Shown here piece after piece: positions 50,216 through 59,900 of a stretch of 64,000 nt of DNA. The translations under genes and the position numbers were made by a program. The notes beneath the pieces were generated by a model, which saw nothing but the letters and a program-made list of their open reading frames with translations, was not told the origin of the DNA and did not search any database. The stretch comes from Podarcis filfolensis (lineage: Eukaryota), in assembly GCA_964270895.1 (NCBI GenBank), contig OZ185445.1; one strand, 5' to 3'. The stretch's first letter is position 1. Each line of letters starts with the position of its first letter.

Positions 50216-50816
50216 AAATGGTCACAGTAGGCCTAAAATAGAAGGTGACTATGGATGAGGTGAGCAGCATCAGTCATAGTCTTCAAAGCAGCTGAACAAC
50301 AAAACCTTGTTGGGTCATTCAATTTTAATGGCCTTTGGGGACAAACAATAAAGCTGTGACTGACTGACCTGCCAGAATCGTCTTTCTTCTGCAAAAACAC
50401 CATTTGAAAGTATTAAACAGCAAAAAAAATTATTACATTACTACAAACTACTACTTAAATAATTATAAAACATGATTCAGAATCTTAGGTATGAATTATC
50501 TTTTTAATCACTGTGCAACTGTGGCTATTTAAATCTTGCTATTTAAATACTGCTTTCAGAAACTATGAATCTTGTCTTCTTTGCCCCATATACCAAACAT
50601 ATGTTCCAAGAAGCCTAAGTATATGTGGTATTGTACTGGTCTGCATAATTCCGTGATTTTGCTTTTAAATGCTAGCTTATTGGTTAGGAAAGAAGTGTTA
50701 TTTGCTTAGAATTTTGCCGTAATTTTATGCCATGATGGTCAGCTATCAGATATTTTTCCAAATAATATTGGGCCTACTTTCCTTTTAAAGGGCAGAGCAT
50801 CCAAGAAATTCTGGTT

Positions 50817-50957
50817 TTATTTTTCTTCCACATTTGCTACCATAGCCTCCACTGCATTCCAGTCAAGCTTGCTGAGGATGCTGCTAGTACTTTCAGACAC
50901 ACCGTCCAAGTTATTAAGGCTGGCAATGGAGCAAGCATCTTCATGAGGCAAAGATTC
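50817..50957 (-). CDS. CPLANE1: CPLANE1 last coding exon
   Basis: ccacag|GAATCT...; [46 protein letters not shown]. Confidence 0.92.
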   Translation of the reverse strand, partial: ESLPHEDACSIASLNNLDGVSESTSSILSKLDWNAVEAMVANVEEK

Positions 50958-53900
50958 CTGTGGAGATATAAAAGGTAATCAGTGACAGGAGTGTGTGTGA
51001 TAGAGCTTAGCTAGCCAGACTAAGCTCCCCAAAGTGCTTTCTTCACCAACTTTATACTGACACCACCAACTGCCAGGATCTCATTTCCCCCCTCTCTTCC
51101 TCTACTCTGACTTACAGTCTACCAAATTCCATATTTCCTCTCAGAGGGTGGTCTAAACATTCAAGATAGCCACTCCTTCGGAGCAGCAGCCAGGTTCTGC
51201 TTTAACAGCAGGAGAATAATTATCCTGCCTGCCCAGCATTGCTGTCCGTAATGCCAGCAAAGACCACCTTATTTGGAGTTTCTGTGAGCTCACACTGTTT
51301 CAGCTTCTCTTCCCCCTCTTCCAGAAACCCACCAGGGACAGTAGGGTGGGTGCATCCTATGCTGCCATGATCCCTACCACCAGTGGCTTGGACTGGCACC
51401 TTCTCCCAGTTATCATGTCTGCATTTTAGTGTCGGGTGCATTTGCATAGAAAAGGGGATTAAGATAAAGTGACTGTCCCAAATACGCAGAATGAGTAATA
51501 GCTAATTATGTTTCCACCCTTGCCTTGAAATGGGAATTTGAACCGCCATACAGTATCCTCTGGATCTCATCCGGAATGCTCCAAACACTCATGGCGTCGT
51601 CTTCACTCTCCTCATTTGTGCGCGTTGTTGTGTCAGTGTCTTGGAACTTTCTCTGCTCATCAGAAGCTGCAAGAGAGCACATTCTTTATTTGCAAGTATT
51701 TCTTTCCTTCAATTATCTCTTGTTAATTGGTGTTGTGGACCTAAATTCGGCAACCCTTGCTCCCAAAGTCAGATTTGCTAGTGGTTTCCACCTGCTCTAG
51801 AATATCTGATATGGGCTACTGAGTCCTCTTATTCGTTCTACCCAATTATAACTGTCTTAGAGTCACCCCTGCCATGGTACACTTTGGGGCCTACTGTTCT
51901 CTGCTTATAGTTCCAAGTTCACAGAAGAGAGATGCAGCAAAATGGATCTGTTACAAATGGAAGGAATAAAGATTCTGTAATCAGTGCATGCAGTATTACA
52001 ACTTAACCCTCAACCGCTTACTATTTGAAGCAAGATGCGCTACAAAGCGATGCAATATAAACTTCTCAACACAGCAAACTTTACTGTAAATAAAGGGACT
52101 GCAGCACAAAGATCTGCTCCCATAGCCTCCTCCATTATGTTGGTCTTGACAGTGATGCCCATTGGACATGCTACTAAATGGTGTAATTACCAAGTATAAA
52201 TTTGGCTACTTTGTTACGTTGAAATGGTATTCATCTCAAACATCATTATTTTCCTCAAAGGCTCAGAAGGTTCTGCACAGCTAGTCAAATACACCAAACA
52301 TTTTTAAAGCTCCTTCAACTATTGGGCAAGCTCACTTGCATTTCCAAGTTTTGGGGAAGCTGCCCAGACCAAGTTCTGGAAAGGTCCCCAACTCCAGCAA
52401 AGAGCATCGGTAAAGACTTTTGATTATCCAGCTCTTAGTTAAACCCCTAACCTATGTATTTTGGACTTTTTAAGCTTATAAGACAAAAAACTTTCCTCCC
52501 AGAAGTTTCAGTGTTCACTGCAGGAAAGCAGAGATGAGCACCAATGAACAGTGTGAGAACTGGTTGAATAACAAACCTTGACTTCTTAAGTCAAGCCTGT
52601 GACTTGACCACTGTTGCAGGTGTCTTCTGCTTTTCCACCGCATCTCCCCTTGATGGGATTCTGGTCCCTTTCTTCTGTAAGGAGTTTGGCATAGTCGGCC
52701 TTGAGCAGAAATGACACAAAATACCCAATTTATGGATCAGGAATTGGAAAGCACAACTATATAACGCCCCCCCCCCCAATAGTTCAGTGCAAACTGGGCA
52801 TTGTGGCCATCTCATTTCCATTCTTACCTTTCCTTGGAGTTATGCCACAGGACAGACTGGAAAAGGATCTCGTCTGACTCAAACTACCTTTGGAAGCAGC
52901 CTTCCTCCTTGCAGCGTGGCAACTTCTACAAGGGATATACCACATTTCTATCAGAAATAATATATAAAAGTGCACGAAAATGGCTTCTCATAACATTAGC
53001 AGGGTCCATGCTGGGGCTAATCATGTAACATTACAATACCATTATGTCTATAATGACAACCATGTGCCACTGCAGTGTTCAAATGGTTCATTTTTGCAAT
53101 GAGGAGTTTGCAATGAGGAGATTCCCAACTACTGAAAAAACCATATCAAATTATTTGGCTTTCTATGCAAGTATTATCTACAGCAAAGAACTGATTCCAT
53201 CATCTTACCAATTCAACTTGAACCTGGGATCTTTACATATAAAGTAGATCCTTTACCACTAAGTTAGGTTCCCTTTTTGCTGTTAGCACTGGAAGTAGCA
53301 CAGATACCCACAACAATCTCCATAGCCCCAAGAGCAAACTACATGTTACATTAACATGCACACTTGTGTGTGTGTGTGCACTTAACTCTAGCCATCCATG
53401 CTGCGGTCCTGACCCAGATGGTGGGGGAAGCAGCAGCTAATATTTTTGTCTATTGAATTCAATCGGTCTTACTTCTGAGCTGGGGAAATTAAAGACATTG
53501 GGAAGCCTGTATACTTTACCCTCCAGCGGAAGCAATATGTGGTCTCTTGAAATCATAAGGTGATCTTGTTTTAGAGAGTGATTCACTTGAAGGAAGTTGC
53601 ACAGTGTCAGACAACAGCTCATGCATCAGAGTGAGGGCTTCAGAGACTCTAATGTTATGATGCTCAGAAAACAAGGCCCTGAAGGGAATGAAAACAAGAT
53701 GCCTATTATTTAAGCCTAATATTACAAGTCTTGTTTCTTTACTGACATTTCGTCTAGTTTAAAGAAGAAAACTAAGCCTGTCTAACCTTTGGGGGAAAGC
53801 AGAGGGATCCAAATTCATCTATGGGCCTTAAGTTGTACAACCCTGCTGTATAACTTCTCCAGAGAAACAGGACAGACAGCAATATACAACTTTTAGATGT

Positions 53901-56900
53901 ACCATCTTTCCCCCTTTTTTGAGTCAGAATTTCCTGCCCAAGGCCTATTTTTCAGCAAATCATCAGGGCTGGAGCTTCATATCCAGGCCTAAGACAATTG
54001 TCCTCATGTAAAATTGCTTCCTTTGATCTTATTTCCGGGCAGGTGACTGAAAGGTCTATATGGAGAAATCCTAAGTTCCCACCCCCACACCAACAGGGCT
54101 TTACAGAATGACAGGGTGACATCACAGTTGGGCCCAATGCTTAGGATCCAGCAGCCAGTGGCATTTCTGCCCATCCACACGTCCAGTGAGTGAGCAGAAG
54201 GGGGGCTCCATGCCAATAGAGTGACATCAGCTGGTGGCTGCTGGGAAGCTACAGAGGCCAGCAGGGCTGACATAGACACCTCAGCCGGATCCAAACTCCA
54301 CCCCCTGCCCAGGGTAAAGGGGTTGGCAGTCACATACAGCAGAACAAAATAAAGGGAAAGGCTGGAATGGCACTGAGTGATAACTTACTTATTTTTTTCA
54401 CATTTCTTTTTCTCCTGTAATTTAATATCCTGTGTTGTGATTCCAAGTGGCTATACAAGAAAGGCAAACGGTTACTAAAATTATCTTCTCTTTCCAGTCT
54501 TCATAATTGGTTACACATTCATCATAAGTGCTTTTTCAGAGCTAGGATTTTGGAACTGTGCCCAAATGGAAAAGTGAGGTGTGGCCACTTGACAAATAAA
54601 AACTATTCAACTGGTTGCCTCCGAACATTTCAAGCCAACAAACATGGTCCACAACTATACTTTCAACTGATACAACCTATGAGAATTTTCAGTCAACTGC
54701 TGGGGTGGGGGTGACTGAATGGGTCAGAGGTCTGGTAAATTTGCATGATGGAGTGGTGTCTGCTGCCCTTACAGAATCACAGAATAGTAGAGTTGGAAGA
54801 GACCCCAGTGGTCATCTAGTCTAAAGCCCTGCATAGACACACCCCCTCCCAAATTTGGTTGCATGTTCCCTGTCTTTCTTGGGCTGTAGGAGAAGCTAAC
54901 CCATACTCAATGCACGGTTCACTCCAACCAGAAAATAAATGAATGGAATGGAATGTGTGAAGGACAAAGAGAAAAGAGTATCTCTACTCATTTTGCTCTA
55001 CCCACTACTGGTATGTTAGGCCATCCCTGGATTAAAGGATCAGGCCATGTGATCAACCCCTCCCCCCACTCCCCACCCCTTCTCATATTTTATCCCACAA
55101 ATAAATAAGCTTTGATCATTTCTGTATCTGAACCAGCCCCAAATGGATCCAGCTAATTTTAAAGCTGTAATAGATTGTACAGAAGAATGTAGAATTTGCA
55201 GCGGAAGCTGATTAGGGCATTCATATTTGAGAACGACATCTTAACACATTTTTAAAATGATTTTCTACACTGAATTGTTACAGCCACATGATCACAATAC
55301 AATGTAAGTAGTCTTACCATTTTTCTTCTAAAATGAAATGGATTGTGTTCTTTTGCCCTTTGTTCAGCCAGCGTTTGCAGATACTCAGCTAGCCTTTCCT
55401 TTTGCTTTCTTTTCATCCAAGTGTGTAACTCTTTTCTCTCCTTTTCTGTTTTACGTGAATGCCCACTCACTACACTGGAGAGGCTGGAATACAGCACAAA
55501 ACTCAGACATAATTAACACGTACTTCAAATAATTAGATGAAATAACATTTAAAAGCATGTAAAAGTAGCATAGCAATATATATGTCTGTTTTGATCTCAA
55601 AGGACTACAAAGTTTCCAAAAATATCAAATGCATGGGAAACAAAAGTTAGCCCACAACTAGAATTGGATTTGGACCTCTCTCAAGGTAACACTAATAACT
55701 TGATCATGAATCTCCATGAAGCTGTGTGGGGAGGGAATAAATATCCAAGAGACGGACAGGAGTGAAGCCTTCCAGCTCAGTCCAATCTGCCTCTAGGACA
55801 GAAACAGCAACGCAGCCTTCCCATGATTGGCCAAATTTGGGGCAGGCTGAAATCCACTTCCCTGGATGGTGTGGGGACCATTTTTGGTGTTGTGCTGGCT
55901 GGGACACGCCCCCCCCCCCGAGTCATGGCCCATCGCTGGATAATGGTGGGGATGGGGTGGGGATGTTATCCCACAATGCCACCTGACAGGTTAAGGTAAA
56001 CAGATGTGTATCACAAATCTCAGTAAAGGTTCAGCTGTAATTATTTACTTACTGCCTGCCTTCCAATGAGCTCAATGTGGTATACATGGTTCTACCCTAC
56101 AAGGTAGGTTAGATATAGATAATGACAGGTCCAAATTCACCCAGTGAACTTTATGGCTGAGTGGAGATTTGAACCTTGATTTTCCAAGGTGTATCCTAAC
56201 CTCTAACCACTCTACCACAATGTCACAGGTCATGTAGCAATTACCTGGATATTTTTTTTGCTTGTGTTTCTGTGAGACCCAGCTCTGAAGCAGAAATGCC
56301 ACCCTCAAGTAGAAGGTCAGCAATGATGTCAGAAACACCACTCAAGCCAGTGATCTGCAGAGGATCTTCTGAAAAACTATTTTAAAAAAGCAATTACATT
56401 ACTGCAAATAGGAAAAACATACCACTTCTAGAAAAAACTAGGGAGTCAAATTTGATGATACATTAAATGTATAATTGCAATTTCATACCTTTACTTAAAC
56501 AAACAAACAAAGGAATCTATGGATACTTTCAATTTGGATCAGGACTTTGGGTGTGCAGGTGTTTTTTAACCCTTCCTCCCAAAGGCCCAGTTCTCCAGAC
56601 AAACCCATGCCCAGTTCTCCAGACAAACCCATGCCCAGTTCTCCAGACAAATTTCCTGTTTCAATATTTTCTCATACATACCTCTCATCCAATTCTTCTG
56701 ATCTAACATTAATATCTGCAAAAAGAAACAGAATTTATTGACAGCATAGATTGTAGAAGAGAAATGCACCATAAGATACAACCAACATGGGATACTGTAC
56801 AAATACATTAGGACAGAAATAGGAAAGGTGTGACCCTGTAGATGCTGTTGGATGGTAACTCCCGTCAGCCTAATGTCAGGGATCTTGGGAGTTGCAGTGT

Positions 56901-59900
56901 TTGGATTTGCTAAGTAGTCATGAATAGTTTATACCTTTGTATTTAGACAGTATTACATTATTCAGGACAACTACCAAGTTTAGTGTTAAAACCATAGCAT
57001 AAGTCTATCACTAAAAAAGGACTGTGAGGACACTACTCTAAAATAAACCATTAAAGCATTGCAGGGCCAGCCCACATAATTTAAAAAGCCACACTTCAAA
57101 TGCCTCTCATTAGATGATGAACAGCACAATCCTACAGACCTTAGTGACCCTACAATTATGTTTTACAAGGGCTCAACCATCCATCTGTGGTACAATGCCA
57201 TTAAGAAAAATGATTTATGCAACACTCTCATGCCAAGCCTTTGTCTAGCTCTGTAAGGAACAGAGGTAAGACAGGGCACCTCATATGGGGGATTATGGAG
57301 GAGTAAGCATAATATTCTGCCCATTTCTTTTTAATATGCAAAGATCAGAGGAAGCAGAATGCAGAACAGAGGTAACAGCATAGGAAAGAACAATTTCCCA
57401 ACCAGGCTCGACTTTATCTACTATCTCACACAAGATCCATGACACTTTCCTCAAATATGACTAAATAAAATGGCAAAGTTAGAAATGTTATGGAAGCAGA
57501 ACTATTCCACATATGATGAAATGTGGCTACTATACAAATAATGCTAACTAAAAACAGTAAGCAGCATGATTATAGAATAATCAACAAGTAGGGAGTGGTA
57601 CCAGAAGATGACTTTTTGATTCTGGGAAGATTAGAAGCTGATGCTGAAGGAGAAGCAGAGGGTGTTTGCAAAGCAATGTAGTTAGTTTGAAATGATTCCG
57701 TTCCTAAACTCCTTTCCTCCTCTGTATAATTCTCCACAATCACACGGGTTGAATAGCGCTCTGTTTCAACAAAAGGATAATTGAAGCCAAATGAGTGCAC
57801 ACTGATTTTTAGAAGCAATAAAACACATTTTTACAATATGTTCAGAGGAGCAGCCGTGTGAATCTCTTGTAGCAAAAACAGGAAACGGTCTTGTGACACA
57901 AGGGTTTTTAAAAACAAAAATCCAGTGTTAATCATGCTCAGAGTTTACCCATTGAACTTAATGGACTTAAGTCTATTAAACTTACATAGATCTGCTCTGT
58001 GTGACTTAGGGTATTATCCAACTACCAAGTTCATTATGGGCATAAGCTTTTGTTGGCAATAGTCTCATTCAGATGCATGAAATGAACCAATACATTTATT
58101 AGGTCTTGAAGGTATCGTAAGACACTTCCTTATTTTTGCAATATTTCGATACATTTGGATTTTTTTACCTTTTCCCAATGCTCCCTACACTGTTTTATTC
58201 ATTTCAACATATTTTATCCAGCAAAACCTCTCTCCACCCATCTCATTCTCACAAACTCCTACCATTCTCACCCTGAGCCCACATCCCTTCCACTCCTGCT
58301 GCTGACAATTATTTTCAACTTTCCATAGATCAGCCAGCAGAACAAGACCCACCTTCTTTAGAAACTTTAACACCTGGGGCAAAGAATGAGATGTCATCCT
58401 CTCCTGTACCTACATCTTCTACAGTGTCCACAACCTGAAAAAAAGGAGAGAGATCACAAAGCCACACTTTAAACATAAATATTTCTCCAATCTTTAACAC
58501 AGGCACAAAAAAGTTTTAAGCAGAAGGAAGCATAAACCTACCAGTTTAGTACTGCTAAATTCTTTTTCTATTCTTTCTGCCACGTTCTGTAGGGCCAGTA
58601 GCTGCCTATCCATTTCCTGCAGCTTGGCAGAAATGTGCTTTCTGCTCATTTTTCTGGCTAATGGTCCTGTGGAGGAAGCAGTGCTGAAATCCTCGTTCAG
58701 GAGGTTCAATGTTAGACGATCACCAGAAATCTCTGTCTCTACTGGCTTAGGTGGCGCTTGTGGTGATTCAGTTTGAAGAAGATCTCCTTTGAATCAAAAA
58801 AGTGGGGGAAATGCTTTTCCATTAACTGCTAGAAACATAAAATACAACAATGAACGCTACAGCTTTGCAGGAAGAACTTAAAGTGTGTTTTGAAGGGGTG
58901 CACATTCTCAGAGGAATTGTTCAATTAACAACATCAAAAGGATCCGGTTTTAAAAGCGAATATTTTGAAATAAAATGAAAATTGTTCACCTTCTGTCTCA
59001 AATTCTTCAGGTGGAATTGTATTGGTAACAGATGTTGCCATGTGATGCAATTTTGCAGAAGCTGGGAATTCAGACTTCATAGGCTGAGTGGCAATGTGTT
59101 TTGGAACAGACTCAGAAATATCTGGCAAGTTTTTCAGAAGATCACCATCTTCTATATCAATCACATTGATAAACTTCCGTCCAGTCTAAACCGCATCAAA
59201 AAGATCAATATTAAATTTTTAAATGAAATTAGTGAACTACTCCCCCTTCAGTGGATGCATGAATGTAACACACATGTTGTATCTATATACTGCTCCATCA
59301 TCAGCACATATTTCTCATAACTTACCAAATCAGATGTAATATCAGATGAGGATTGTAAAGTCACATTTCCTGATTCAGCAGGGAAAGTAAGGTTCAAGTA
59401 CACATCTGGCGGCAATGCCTGGGGAACACTTGCAGGTAAAAGCTCTGTGTGAAGAAAAAGAAATTGTTAAGTCACCATGGGCAGTAAATATCCAGGAATG
59501 CTGGAAAATATATTTGGACACAGTAGCAATAGGACTGATAAGAACATTGAAAACCTGAATATGCTATGACAATAAGGTATTTTCCTCCTGTGCTGAGCAG
59601 TGGGGGTTAGTTACCATATTGTCTCCCGCATACCACTGGGCATGCTGGTTGAAGCTGATGGGAGCCGATTGAAGCTGATGGGAGAGTCCAACAACACATG
59701 GAGCACTACGGGTTCCCCATCCCTTTACTACAAGTGGGAATGAGCCTCATGCGTCTCCCCCAGAAGAGGGATTCTGGCAGAGTTTACTTGACTGATGGTG
59801 CTCATTTCCATCAGAAAAACTTTAATTAGGTTTTCAAGGGCCTAACTGCACTAGATGCAGCAAATGCATCATTGGATCTCTCAGTACGTCTTCCTTTTTT

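Noticed and set aside
47303-50816. Hidden gene or ncRNA between NIPBL and CPLANE1
   Set aside because: Only SINE/MITE fragments, isolated splice-like motifs and short non-homologous ORFs seen
52577-52674. Apparent second 98-nt exon suggesting mutually exclusive splicing with 52828-52925
   Set aside because: A better acceptor at 52699 gives a 123-nt exon that chains in frame; the two share no sequence similarity
56245-56354. Internal CAG acceptor 14 nt inside the CPLANE1 exon
   Set aside because: Wrong phase for the upstream exon and weaker pyrimidine tract; the EDPLQ-containing start at 56368 fits
56585-56651. 24-bp direct repeats as a CRISPR-like array or coding repeat
   Set aside because: No spacers, eukaryotic intron; ordinary minisatellite with no splice sites
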